NCBI GenBank assembly: GCA_976551045.1
Contig: CDPCPM010000026.1
Span: 21,948,001 to 22,012,000 of the forward strand
Length of the DNA: 64,000 nt
From: Glaucostegus cemiculus
Taxonomy: Eukaryota
Reading direction: 5' to 3'
Under the pieces are notes generated by a model. That model was given only the letters and a program-made list of their open reading frames with translations, did no database searches and was not told where the DNA came from. Shown piece by piece: positions 13,040-25,909 of this stretch. Each line of letters opens with the position of its first letter. Position 1 is the stretch's first letter. A program made the translations under genes and the position numbers.

Positions 13040-13590
13040 AAAAAAACTACTGATGATGGGAATCTAAAACAAAAAAACCCAGAAAATGCTGGTAATACTC
13101 AGTAGGTCAGATCACATTAATGGGAGGAGAAATAGAGTCTTTGGTATTGGTACTGGTTTATTATTGTCACTTGTACCGAGGTACTGTGAAAAACTGTCTT
13201 GCATACCGGTCGTACAGGCCAATTCATTGCACAGTGCAGTTGCATTGGGTTAGTACAGAGTGCATTGATTTAGTACAGGTAAAAATAATAACAGTACAGA
13301 GTAAAGTGTCACAGCTACAGAGAACGTGCAGTGCAATAAGGTGCAAGGTCACAACAAGGTAGATCATAAGGTCATAGCCCACCTCATTGTATAAGGGAAC
13401 TGTACAATAGTCTCATCACAGTGGGGTAGAAGCTGCCCTTAAGTCGTACCACCAGACTTAAGGATGTTTCAGGTCGGAGACCCTTCATCAAAGTGTCACC
13501 TCTGACCTCACATATTGACTCTGTATCTCTTCCCAGACATGTCCTCTGAGGCTGCTGAGTATTTCCAGCACTTTCTGTTTGTGTTGCCTG
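13040..13590. mobile_element. Fold-back Penelope-derived element with degenerate hammerhead motif, interrupted by a Rex1/Babar tail
   Basis: Left arm cagaaaatgctggtaatactcagtagg (13080) pairs with right arm ctgctgagtatttccagcactttctg (~13552); reversed core atgtttcaggtcggagacccttcatca at ~13464-13490. Confidence 0.7.
13141..13460 (-). mobile_element. Rex1/Babar-type LINE 3' end with (CCAATA)n tail
   Basis: ttggtattggtactggtttattattgtcacttgtaccgaggtactgtgaaaaact...gtggggtagaagctgcccttaagtc; same tail at 29470 (+) and 59221 (-). Confidence 0.75.
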
Positions 13591-13803
13591 ATATTCCATC
13601 CCTATTGTCAAACTGTAATGTTTTAAGGAGTGTTTGAATGCACAGTCTATAAGCATCCAAAGGGATGGTGGTTTATTTGAAAAGCATCTGACCTACCTCT
13701 ACAGATGTCACTTGAAGAAGACTCATGGGAGACAATGAGCTCCACAGTTGATGGACCAAGCACTGAATGAATTAGTGGAAAAATGAGAGATTCCTGTTTC
13801 ACT

Positions 13804-13819
13804 GGGGGGGGGGGGGGGG
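13804..13819. repeat. G16 homopolymer
   Basis: Directly visible. Confidence 0.95.
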
Positions 13820-13949
13820 CAATAACAGCTCCAAATACACACTCAGAAGATAGCATAAAGAGATAGCTCTGCAGATCATTGCCAGAAATGTTCTGTCTCC
13901 AGAAGGTCACTGACCACATTTATGTGGTCAGAGTTGGCAAATATCTCTA

Positions 13950-15150
13950 AATGGCTTATACACCCTGCTCCCATCAGTCCTTTACCAATATGCTCCATCA
14001 GTCAGGATTGCATAGTTACTTGTTCCACTCTATAACTCTATGACTTCTCTCACATATTAAGCATCGATGTAGGTCCCACAGTCACAACTCACGGCTTGTA
14101 CAGAGCTCTTCAAACATGACAGGGACATTATCCACTCAATTTAACACTCTCAGCCATTAGCTCAGATGACACGGTCCCTAATTTAGAAATTAATTTACAA
14201 GTGGCTGAATCAGTGATTATGAGTGGGCTGTAACCAAGGAGGTGGAAAAGGAGCCCGGATCTGACCCTCATATGGGATGGGGTCCTACAAGAATTCTGTG
14301 ACAGGTAACTCAGATGAGGATTTAGTGGGACAGCTGACAGAAGGAGGCTGACAGTTATGACAAAGCTGGTGGTTATGTAGAATACAATGCTTGGTGCATT
14401 GGTTGGCCTGGTAGGAAGTGGGATTGCCTTGTGCAATGTTAAGGAGCATGGAGGTACTCAGCACCAACCTTGCACAACGTTCTCTGTGGAGCTTGAAGCC
14501 TAACCTTTCCAGCATAGAACTGGCGGAAGACTTCATAATCACACATGTAGAGGTGTGTGATGTTGCTGGCTTGTACCTTTGTGGTGTGGGTACTTCCACT
14601 TTGTTATGGTGAATCAATGCAGGGCACGTTTATGGATGTTACACTGTGCTGGTACTATACTAGTGGAAGTGGTCGAGACTGGTAAGGACAGCACGTCTGC
14701 TCCATGTTCTTCCTCCTTTGGGAGAATAGTAATTAAAACATTTGAAAAGCTTGTCTTGATGTGAAGGGATATCCTTTCTTCTGCAATACTACTCTTTGGA
14801 GATTTGGCGCACCATAATGAGATCCAGAAATGTCAAACGATAGTCCATTCCAATTGCCAAAGCAATCAAAGATAACCTGCAGATGATTGACAATACTCAC
14901 AAAGATTGGGGGAGTTGTGGGGCAGGTCCATCATAATCCTAAATATTGGATCCTCCACATTAGTTGAAAAGATGGTATTAGCTGCATTGTTGCTATTCAG
15001 TTTGGCAAAGCTGGAAGCAAATCAGCATTGGATACTGCCATCCCCTACCTAATGTACATTCACCCAGTGCAGGTGCTAACACCCTTCCCAACAGGATGAC
15101 CACAACAGCTTGCATTACAATTGTGTGTGCACATATCCAATGACAAATTG
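13950..15150 (-). mobile_element. Highly decayed non-LTR retrotransposon ORF2 (RT, possibly followed by RNase H)
   Basis: Minus strand of 15051-15101 gives frameshifted G-H-P-x-G...V-L-A-P-A-L-x-N-V (RT PQGSVLAPxLFN motif); further 3' APFPPPW (~14235-14258) and ILTDGA (~13990-14008) resemble the pre-RNase H PPW and YTDGS motifs. Confidence 0.4.
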
Positions 15151-16400
15151 TAAGTAAAACAACACCTTAGCACCCAAACAAAGGATATTTCACTGCTAAA
15201 ATTTGTGGTCAATATCACTTCCTGATTCAGTGGGCTTGGAATTGATCTGAGAGAACTCTAAGTCAGGACATCTTTCAAAATGTTATGCAGTATCTCACAC
15301 CAACCCCTGACATTCTCACCAGACTGAATTGCAGAATGACCCCAAATCAATCTGGGCTTTATTTCAGCATGCCAGTGATGCACTCAGTGGCTGCACTGCA
15401 GGAAATATGTACCTCATTATATTCAACTGGTCTACTGAAATGCTGTTGAGATGCGATATGTTTTGGCTGCAGAGAATGATAATGGTCTCCCAGGAGCCAC
15501 CTTGAGATTTGCCTTGGTCAAATATTCATGGGATGTTGGGCTGCCTTAGTATGAGGTACAGTGAAAGCTGCCATGGAAATAAATCTTGACTTCCATATTG
15601 AAGGTTGCATACAATCCAGCTGTTCAGACACTGAAATTGTTTCCCATTTATATTGGTAGTGCAATTTTAGAAGGAAGCATGAAGGAACCTAGTACCAACT
15701 ATGAGTGAGGAAACAGTACATAGGATTCTACTACTGCTCTTGAGTGCCCATGCAATGGAAGTGAACCACTGGCCCATATGAAACAATGTCTTGCTTCATG
15801 ATTCCAATCACAGCTGATAACCTTTACTCTGAAATGCAATTAGTCTTAGTTAAAAACAATCTGAATTCTCAGCTCCCGAGTGTTAAAGACTTTGGCAGTG
15901 CTGACCCTGTCATCGGGCTTCGTGGGCATGCAGCTGGTGATGTGACCCCCTGATGAATCAATGCCTCTGCAGGAATTCTGTCTGATGGTTGGCAGTGACT
16001 GCTCCATTACCTTGTGGAGTCCAGCCAGGTATGGGTAGGCTGACTACCACAGATTTCTTGGATTAAAACTCCTTTCTGACATGATGATTATAGGAGTTTT
16101 TAAAAGGAAAGGTCACTCAACAGCAACCGCTGCAAAAGTTCTTTGAAGACCTGACAATGTGACTCTTCTTCTTCTGCTCCTGCTGAACTAATTTCCGAAT
16201 GAAACATAGTCCCTAAGCAGCTGAAGAAACAGTGATAAATAGAAAGACATCATCTGCAGTTTTATGTGCCAAATGCATGATGCAGTGATATGTATGCGAT
16301 GTGTTCAGCTTCCAAAATTTAAATGGAATGACCATTAGAACCAAGTTTCAGAAGCAGAGTGCAATGTTTACCTATGGCTACATCACATGGTCAGCACATG

Positions 16401-16535
16401 ACAGAGTCATAGAGTAATAAAGCATGGTAACAGGCCCTTCAACCCAACTCATCCATGCCAACCATGGTGCTCACCAAGTGAGTCCCATTTGCCCACACTT
16501 GGCCCATATCCCTCTAAACCCCTCCTATCCATGTC
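16401..16535 (-). mobile_element. CR1 LINE 3' tail
   Basis: agagtcatagagtaataaagcatggtaacaggcccttcaacccaactcatccatgcc...gtcccatttgccc...ggcccatatccctctaaacc. Confidence 0.85.
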
Positions 16536-19500
16536 TGAACCATAAAATAATTTAAGGTTTTACTTATAATTACTGATTTTGTTTTTAGGTATGCTTATAA
16601 AAATACCCCCAACAATCTATAAGATTGTTAAGATGTCCTATGTGAAAGCCAGAGCAAGAACTTCTTCCTCCATGACTCATTACACATTTATTTCACCGGG
16701 ACTCACCTAGAAACTGGTGGAGGCTCCCTGGAGCCCATCTAAATGAAAAAAAATCAGACCGGGAGAAAGGGAGTGTAAGAGCAATGTTATGGCACTCAGC
16801 TGGATTTTCTGGTCTGGATTAGTCACCTGATGGAACTTGTTTCTTGTTTTCTTTTACAGGGGGCTCAGATTGTGTAACCAACTATAGTCAGTGCTCCGAT
16901 GGACATCATTACAAGTGAAGATCTTGTCACTATTGATGACACCACTTTCTGCAGTGTGTTTAACTTGCCTTGAAAAACAAGTGGTGAGGGACTCAGTGGA
17001 GGCAGATATACACTGATTGGGTAGTGAGCAGACAAATAGTTTGTTATCTTCTGCACTGAGAAAAGCAAGTCAATAATTCTGTGTGGAAAGATACAAGAGC
17101 AGATTCACCAACCCTGCACTATAAGCAGGGAGCCAGCTTCAAAGAGAGTGATAGTCAGAAAATCAGGGCTATACTTTACAGCTACATCCCCAACCAAACT
17201 CTGTTCAGCCACAGCTTCCTGCTGGGGGCTCAGGGCAACTCCAATTCATTAACAGAGTTGAGAATCAACAGAGAAAATGGTTGTGAAAGGTTACAGAGGA
17301 ATGTGAGTTCTAAAAACTACCCTGGGTTGGCAAATTCAGCAATTCAGTGCATTATAAAGCTGCAGATATAATATCATAGTCCCCTTTGGCAGGCTGCAAA
17401 TTAAAAAAAAAACATTCTGCTCCTGAAATCAGCAAGGTATATGGTGTAAAAGCAAGTAGTCATACAGCAATGGATTTTCATTTCTCCAATATTTTAAACA
17501 AATGAAAACACCATAGTCTCTAATGTCCAATTAGGTGAGGTGGCCACCACTTAAGCCAACTCCCTCACCCTCACCGTTAGAACATGACTCCTATTCCCTT
17601 TTTGTTCAATTCATCCTGAGCTCTGAGGTTAGCATTGACTTTGCAACACCATAAACTGAAAGTAGTTTCCGCCTTCAGTGTCAAGAAGCAACTTGAAATA
17701 TTTACAAAAAACAAACCTTATCTTACAAAATGACTTGCGGATCAGTTCAATGCATAATGAACTACTTACAAGACCTTAAAGCTAGAAAAGGAGAGAGTAA
17801 CAGAAGTTCCTTGAAGAAGTGGCAGTTTTAATTCTCCTTCTGTTCATCTTTATTCTTTATACCAGCCTGAAATCACCTGATGGTGCAGGAAAGCAGGATA
17901 TGAAACACAACATTCTCGTTATCATGTGTGATTATTCTCATTTTCCAACTTTCTCCAAAATATGTGTCATTTTAATTTACTTGGATGCAAAATGAGTGAA
18001 CTAAATAGGTACTTGGTGTACCCTTTATCAAATTAACGTGGTATGTTTGTGCCAGTTTTCTGGTTAGATTTAAATAGCAGATTATCAACATTGGATAAAT
18101 GCTGTTTAAGCAAATATAAGATGTACTTTAAATCTGTCACTGTGTCACTGATTGCCCAGGTCCTTCCAAATCTGGACAGAAAATTAAGACTTAAAAAGGA
18201 ATTTTCCACTTCATAAGTAGTTCCTTTGAAGAACTAATCCATGTCTCATAATTGAGACTTGAAGTCATAGGAAAGGGAATTACTAAAAGACATTGCTGTG
18301 GTAAGGAGACGCACTTCATAATGCGTAATCATCATGTGTAAGAATGTTGAGTGAGAATTATGCCTTTGAGAGATGGCCAAATGCATGATAGCATTTTTAG
18401 GTCTTGCATAAGACTTCGATACAAAATAGATCCTACCTCACTAAAATTCCTTCAAAGTACTTAAGTAAACAACTTTCAATTTCATTACTCTGGGCACTGT
18501 TCTGTGGATTTCGTCAAAACATATTTATGAAAAGAAAATCCTTTCAACAGATAATTCTTTTCCCTGAAACTTACGTTTCTGAATTATTTTTAACTTATTA
18601 CAATATTACTGTCAAAACTGTGTCCAAATTTCTTTTAACTTAAACTTTTGTACCTTTGCTACCTTCTACTTAACAGTCTGAATGACTTGTATGTCATCAA
18701 TGATGATCAATGGATCAACTTACCAAAAGTTGCTCTTGGTACCATGGGCATTGTAAACTTCCTGGCTATGGACAGTCTCAGTAGTGAAGGGCAAGTCCTG
18801 AAGGAAACCTGGTGACCTGACACGTCTGCAAGTGTTGGTGAGTTCCAACAGCTGAACACTTACTCGTGAATATGAGTTAACTCCAGGCATGGGCCAATTT
18901 CCCACATGCTAAAAAATTCTCACACATAGGAGGCAAGGTTTACTGCCAGGGATATGCCAGCTTTTGAATATTACTCCAGCTGATTGGAGCAGGAAATGTC
19001 TATAGCAGCTGATTTCATGGACTCTTGGCATTCCCCCTTGCTATTTCTGGAATTTTCCATTCAGCATGACAGAAGAGGGGTGAGATTTTTAACAAGCACA
19101 TAAAGGCAGACCAGACATCCATTATAGAAATGACTGATTTTCATTTCTATTTCCACTTTGGGTGGTTTCTTTAACAGGCGGCTGGCTTACACCCAGGTGG
19201 CAAGTGGAAAATCCATCCAGGGAATAGGCCCACATGGAAGTAATTCTCAACAATTTTTTTCTAGCAACAGTGGACACTAAGAATGCCCGTGCATTTCTGG
19301 CATGCAATGCAACTGGGGTCAGTAGGGCTTTAAAACTTAATGGGATGCCTTATCTATTGCAATCAATTGCTGAGTAATTGACCGCATTGTCTAAAACCAT
19401 TTCATACCTAAAAAACAAAATGTTAAAAAGAATTAAAATAAAAGGCTTTCTGGAGACTTCCTTGAAACATAAGAGCTGCAGGCAATGCTTTTCTGTAACT

Positions 19501-21744
19501 GACCTCCCTGACTAATTATGGTCACTTGCTCTTCCCCCCCTCCCTTTCTCCCCACTCCATCCTATGTTCCCTCTGCCCACGTCATCAACTTCAATCCCTA
19601 TGTCTGTGGCTATCCAAAGCAGGCCTTGCATCTGAGTTCTTGTAACTAACATGCGATATTCCTGAAAAAAGTACTGTGCCCTGGCAAGTTGCTCTGGGAA
19701 TGTGCAGTAAAAGAAAATCCTGACTATAGAAACCACTGCTCCATTGGAGTGAAGCGGATACAGGCTCATTACTTGATTATTTTGATAAAAAGCAAATGAC
19801 AAAAATGCCCGTGATCTACACTTATCTGAAATAACTCTGGGTGTTAAATGCTTTAGGGTGTTCTGGTGTCTAGATATCACTTTCTCTGTCTAACCCTTCT
19901 ATTGTCTGCTACTTTTCTTGACTTCAGTAAACCTCCTCAAAACTGTGTTCTTAAGCAAAACGATTTAAATCTTTGAAGAGCTTGTACAAATTCAAATTGT
20001 TACTGTAATATTTTAAAATATATTTTTCGAGGATGATGGATTTAAAAAGGAGAGTTAACATCTGAAGCCCAGTCACATTGGACATGAGAACAAAGCAATT
20101 ACTGGTGGATTTTTCTTTTCAGTATAATGGAACAAAAGGGTCATTTATTGCAATGACAGGACAAAATCTGACGTGCAGGGGACACGTGTCATCCACTGTC
20201 TAAAATTATCTTGATTGTTCATATATTATGCCATGTGTAAAATATTGCAAAACTGCTTTGGAATTCTTCAATTACAGTAGGAAAAAAATTAACCTTTATT
20301 TATGTTACAGCTACCACCCACTAACATCCCACAATTCCACATGCCCATTATTACCAGGATATGAGTCAATCTTATTAGTGACGTGACATTTGCAAGGGAT
20401 CACGAAATAGCCAAAACAGCCCTTTTTAAATTATTGAATTCTTTTAGGTGGCAGATTTTTTCCCCTTAAAATGTGAACAGCAATTTCTACTGGGATTGAG
20501 AACTGCCAAACATGTGTTCCTAATCAGCCTGAGCCAGCCAATGACCTTCACCAACTAATTTCTTCTGAGAAGTGAACCCAGGTCACAGTACTGAAAGGCT
20601 CTAAGCCATTGATCCCTGGTTTAACTTTCAAATTAAAGACTGTGACAAATTCACAGAACAAGAAAATATTGCTGACACCCCCATAATCTTTTGCAAACGT
20701 CAAGTGTTTTAAGATATTACCGTTATATGATGGCTATCCTATTGCCGCAATTTTTTTGTCTTTCACAGAAAATCTTGAAAAGGGGGCGGCTTTGAGATCC
20801 TCACAGTCCTGGTAAATGAACAGTAGGGTTTGGTGAGTTTGTGGGGTTATCAAAGAAAGTGATGCAAAAGAGGAACTACCCACCTACTGAAACTTCAGAA
20901 GCCAAATTGACATATTTAAGGACACCAGGATTACCCAATGCTTTGTGTTGTAGCCACTTAATAATTAGTATCTGATAAAATACCAAACATTTGTTTGAAA
21001 TATCATTCCGCTACATTGCTTCATAATAATTGTAGATCAATTAAGCTTCACAAAACCCGTTGTTAACACATGATACAGCATCTCCTGGTCATCCTTCACT
21101 CTGGATCAACAGTATTAAAAATTCCTTCACTGCTTCATGGGATGGAACTACAGTAGCTGACAAACAGAAAAAGAACAGACAGCAAGGTGGGTTAAATTAC
21201 TCAAGCTGCAAAGGCAGTGCATTGAGCGAAAGTTACAATTCTTGTGCATGCCATATGCTTGAGTACATTCAAAGTTTTACACAGCTGACTGGCCAATTGT
21301 GAAGCAAGAAAGATTCTTAGAATATCATTCAGCTAGGCAATCATTTAGCAAACATCAAAGTCCAACTATAGGCCAAACCACCTGTGGAATATACACATTC
21401 CCTAAGGACTGAGGGAGTGTATGAAAGTCACGAACAAAGATTTATAGACAACATCTGCAGATCGTAAATAGGTGGCATGCATGTATGGTGAATTGCACTG
21501 CATGAAGTGGAGGGCCATGTTGTCAATGACCAAAGGGTGAGTGAGGTATGAAAGGATAGCTTAGACAAACTTCACATGGGGCCATATACCAGGAATTTGG
21601 AAGCAGGTGTCAGAAATGAAACACCAAGACAAGAAATAAGGACAATGCTAAGCATACAGTCCACTATGTAAAAGATTCACTGTGTGTAGGAAGTTACGTA
21701 TAAAAATAATAAACTAAGGAGATTGCAGGTGTTTGAGGTGTTTG

Positions 21745-22520
21745 CTTCAGTCTAACCTCTGAGACAGTCCTTTAGGATTGAGGATGACATACTTCCACTC
21801 TGTTCTGTAATGTTCTGAGGTGACTGATGAGGCAAGTGTGGGACCTGCAGACACTTCTACTGATGAGGCAGGACTATCTGACAGGACATGTGGGTGGGTA
21901 GTCTGTAAGACAACTGTGCTCCTTCTGCCTGTAATGTTAGCTTTTTTTGGTGCGTTCCTAATGCACAGACTTAAGTTTCCCAGTGCCACCCGGGATTCAC
22001 TGGGAATATTGCATACTTTAAGAGGGTTTTGAAAATATCCTTGAATCTTTGCCTCTGTCACTTGATAATTTCTTCCTGGGACAAATCTTGGAATAGAGCA
22101 CTGGTTTCAGCAGTTTGGTGTAAGCTGGGTGAACGACATGGCTTGCCAGGGAAGTTGACTGTTATTCAGACTTCAGTGCTGTGGATGTTGATCTGGCAGC
22201 AGACACTGATACTGTTTTGCTTATCCTTCCCGTGGATTTGGAGGTGATATCCATCCAGAACATTGGCACCTACTGCGGATATTCCAATTTTCAGAAGCAC
22301 ATAGAAGGGTTGGGATCACAGATGTCCAGTAGACCATGAGTTTTGTGTTAGGTTTGAGGTTTGTTCTTCAAATACTCCTTTCCTCAGTTGGACCAAGGCC
22401 AGGCTGACACACTGAAGGCGATGGTGAATTGCATTGTGGGTGCTTGTCTTTGCTGAGTGGTAGCTCCTGGTAAATGGGAAGTGGTCCACATATTCCACAA
22501 TCTCACCATGAAGCTTTACC
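21745..22520 (-). mobile_element. RTE-clade LINE, 3' ORF2 and UTR (pseudogenised)
   Basis: ORF 22316-22651 contains KLHGEIVEYVDHFPF...IHHRLQCVSLALVQLRKGVFE, typical of the RTE post-RT region; ORF 21747-22061 contains LKVCNIPSES; 3' end similar to 43312-43765. Confidence 0.8.
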
Positions 22521-22587
22521 AATTTGATTAATAAAGGTTTCTTTGAGCACTTTAGAACAGTTAATTTGACCCAGTAACCTGCTACAG

Positions 22588-22800
22588 TGGTAATTGGTTT
22601 ATTATTGTACATATACTGAGATACAATGAAAAACTTTTGTTTGCATGCCATCCAGACAGATCATTCCATACACAAGTATATTGAGGTAGTACAAAAGGGA
22701 AAAAAACACAGAATGCAGAATATAGTGTTGTAGTTCCAGAGGAAGTGCAGTGCAGGTAGACAAATAAAGTGCAATAGTGCAACACAGGAGGAAGTAATGA
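22588..22800 (-). mobile_element. Rex1/Babar-type LINE 3' tail fragment
   Basis: ggtaattggtttattattgtacatatactgagatacaatgaaaaacttttgtttgcatgccatccagacagatc...gaagtgcagtgcaggtagac. Confidence 0.65.
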
Positions 22801-22992
22801 CATTTTGTCTGGTAATTCAGATGCATAACACAGTTATTGTTATTGTTATGACTCCCCTCCAGCCTCACTCCCTGAATGCCACAACCAGTATGACTTTGAA
22901 CTGAGGAGTAGTCACTGGGGTCACTGCTAACCCCACCTAACACATACTTCCACGTGCACTATGATTAAAAAAGAACCTAGAAAGAAAAATAT

Positions 22993-23090
22993 CTTGCATT
23001 TATATAGTGTCTCTTTAAACTTTAGGACATCTTAAGCCCTTTGCACCTAATGAAGCACTTTTGAAGAGCAGTCACTCTTATAATATCTTA
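22993..23090 (-). mobile_element. SacSINE1/DeuSINE-like 3' fragment
   Basis: cttgcatttatatagtg...ggacatcttaagccctttgcacctaatgaagcacttttgaagagcagtcact. Confidence 0.65.
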
Positions 23091-25344
23091 CAAGAACTCT
23101 TGCTATGCTGTAAGCCACTATTGCCTAAAAATTGCATTTCATCTTTTATCAGTGCCCTAAACATGTGCTGCATTTAGTGCTAATGCCTAATTAAATTCCC
23201 CATAATAAAATAAAATTGGACAAAAATACATGAAAAGCTGCCCCAAGGTGGCTTATGCCCAGGATAATGGGCTAAAATAGGGCCTGCGTAGGTCACAATT
23301 GGATCTTTGTGGGAACCTTCAAGCTGCTGAGTCTTGCTGCACTGATCACTGGGAAGGGCATCTGACCTCAAAGGACCTCTTCACATTGTAGTCACAGAAA
23401 AACTCCATGAAATGATGTCTTGGAGGCATGGAGGTGATGGAAAATGTAGGGAGTGGGGAACTCAGCAATTCATGGATGTGGGCAAACCGTCATTGGATCA
23501 TCTGCCTTGATTGAGCCCCATGCTGTGAGTGGCTCCACGTCACAACTAAATGCAGGATGATCAATGAAAGAGTGATCACAGCATGTTGCTGTTATGGGCA
23601 CTAGTATAAAAAAGCTGGAATCATTGATGGAGCAATCAGTGGTGAGGGTTTAGATATTTTGAGCATTGAAAGCTGAGGCTTGCAGATGCTGTGGGCAAGA
23701 ATCAATGTCAGAATGGAAACCTTTTAATTGATGTCTCTCTGGTAATCTCAGTGCTATGTGCTCCTAGGTTTTTTCTGCGTGTTCAGTGAAGGTTATAGTT
23801 GCAAGCTAAAGCTTCAGTATATGTTGGAAAGAGAACAAATGTGTGGGGTACAAGACTTGTAATGTCTTTAAGTGTGCACCAGATGACTGGAAAATAAGCT
23901 AATTTCTCACCGGGCAGGAGTTCATCCAAAGGCAGTTCTAGTACGACCTAACCAGGGTTAAATCTCTTTAAGTGTAATTTGTGCCTGAACATTGAGCATT
24001 AATAGATCCCGTTACTTGCTAAAGATTCAGATAGCATCAATAAAGTGTCTGATTATAAGTGTGGGCTTATTACGTGCCACTTTGACTTTGGAGAAAATAA
24101 GTCTGTCAAACACTTTGCAGAGATACCATTGGAACAAGCAATCTACCTTTAATCATTCGGCTTAAAAAGAGCAGAATACTGACTGGATGGGGTATCTGCT
24201 ATGATCGTTGTAACCAGTTTATCAGTGATTTCAATTTAGCCCAGCCAAATATCAAATGAATAATGCTTTGGGTCACAGGCTATTCAGCTTGTTGTTGTCT
24301 ATGTTGGAAGTGATAGATATACATGTGACTCGTTCAGTACAACAAGGACCTGCAACCTAAAAATAGCCAGAAAGCTGCAAGCTTAATTGAAACAACTCTC
24401 ACAAATTATCCTGCTTTTGTTGCCAAGGGCCTGCTAATGATTGGATAACAGCTTGTTTGAACATACTTAGAGTGTGATTCCAGAGTACTGACAGTGGGAG
24501 TCCTAGAACACACATGGCAGCGCAATAATCTGTTCTTGCAGAGGAATGTGACCAAGGTAAGGACCAAACCTCTAGCAGGTCGACACAGCTAGAAGAATGA
24601 AATTAGTCCTTCAAGTCACTGTGCATCATCTGCCTACAACAACTGAGGAAGCTTCTAAAAATAATCAAGCTCAACAGTTAGAAATTAACCTGAGCATAAA
24701 GTTCCACTGCATTTTGAGGTAAGCACTAGGCTAAGTCACAAGCAGTCTGCAGCCGACCCTGCAGAAAACCTCCACGTAATCCCTCCAGAGGAATAATGTA
24801 ATAGAAATAGCAAAGTGCAGTGGTTGATGTAGCACAAGTCAGCAAAGTGCTACATGATGTTAAAATGGCTCCACATAGATTGTTTATTTTTCAAAATTAA
24901 TGGTTTTCATAAACACCATGGTGGAGAAATAGTTATTTACAGAAAGGAGTGCCCAATAAAACAAAAGGCAGGACTCAAGGAATGGTGATCATCTTCCATA
25001 AATAAGCATGTATTTTTGAAGGCTGTGTTGCGTAGCATATAACCCATTACGGCCATTGTGCCAACTCAGCTAAAGTCAAACATTGGAAACTAAATGTCTG
25101 TGTGACAAGTGAAGCTTCACATTTGAAATTTTCCACTGCCTGCTTGTTTTTTATGGGGCTCTAAGGGTTTTGAGATAGTCAAATTCTTTTTATATGTACC
25201 TACCTGCGTATCAGAAAGCTCACATAAATAAATAAGAGTGGAAAAAATATGTTCCTTAAAGGAAAATCAACTATCTTCCAGATAGGAAGACCTGTATGTA
25301 TATGTGCTATAAAGCAGACACCACAAGGTAAATTAAAAAAAAAA

Positions 25345-25547
25345 TTTATTTACAGCGTGCTAACAGGCCCTTTCAGCCCAACGAGTCCGTGTCGCCCATT
25401 TTAAACACCCGATTTAACCTACCTGTACGTCTTTAGAATGTGGGAGGAAACCGGAGCACCCGGAGGAAACCCACGCAGACACGGGAGAACGTACAAACTC
25501 CTTACAGTCAGCGATGGGAATCAAACCCCGATCGCTGGTGCTGTAAC
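25345..25547 (-). mobile_element. Young short V-SINE (CpG-rich) with short CR1-type tail
   Basis: tgtacgtctttagaatgtgggaggaaaccggagcacccggaggaaacccacgcagacacgggagaacgtacaaactccttacag (core, CpGs intact); tail aacaggccctttcagcccaacgagtcc. Confidence 0.85.
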
Positions 25548-25679
25548 AAGAAACCCATGTCACAAAGATGTCCATTAAAAAAACACAAAAGATGCAAATG
25601 ATAGAAGTTTATAAAATTATGAGAGGTATAGATAGGGTAGGCAGTCAGAATCTTTTTTCCCAGGGTAGAAATGTCAAAT

Positions 25680-25812
25680 GGAGACGAGAGACTGCAGATG
25701 CTGGAATCTGGAACAACACACAAAAAACAGGAGGCACTCTGAGGGTCAGGCAGCATCTCCATGGAGGGAAATGGAGAGTCAACATTTCCGGTCGAGACCC
25801 CTCATCTGGATT
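25680..25812 (-). mobile_element. 133-bp Penelope-derived element starting with a hammerhead motif; 12-bp TSD
   Basis: Flanked by GAAATGTCAAAT at 25668-25679 and 25813-25824; minus strand begins aatccagatgaggggtctcgaccggaaatgttgactc. Confidence 0.8.
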
Positions 25813-25909
25813 GAAATGTCAAATACTAGTGGACTGTCAGGTACCAGAGAGTATTTAAGGTGAGAGTGGGAAAGTTTAAAAGAGGTATGCAGGGCAAATT
25901 TTTTTTACA

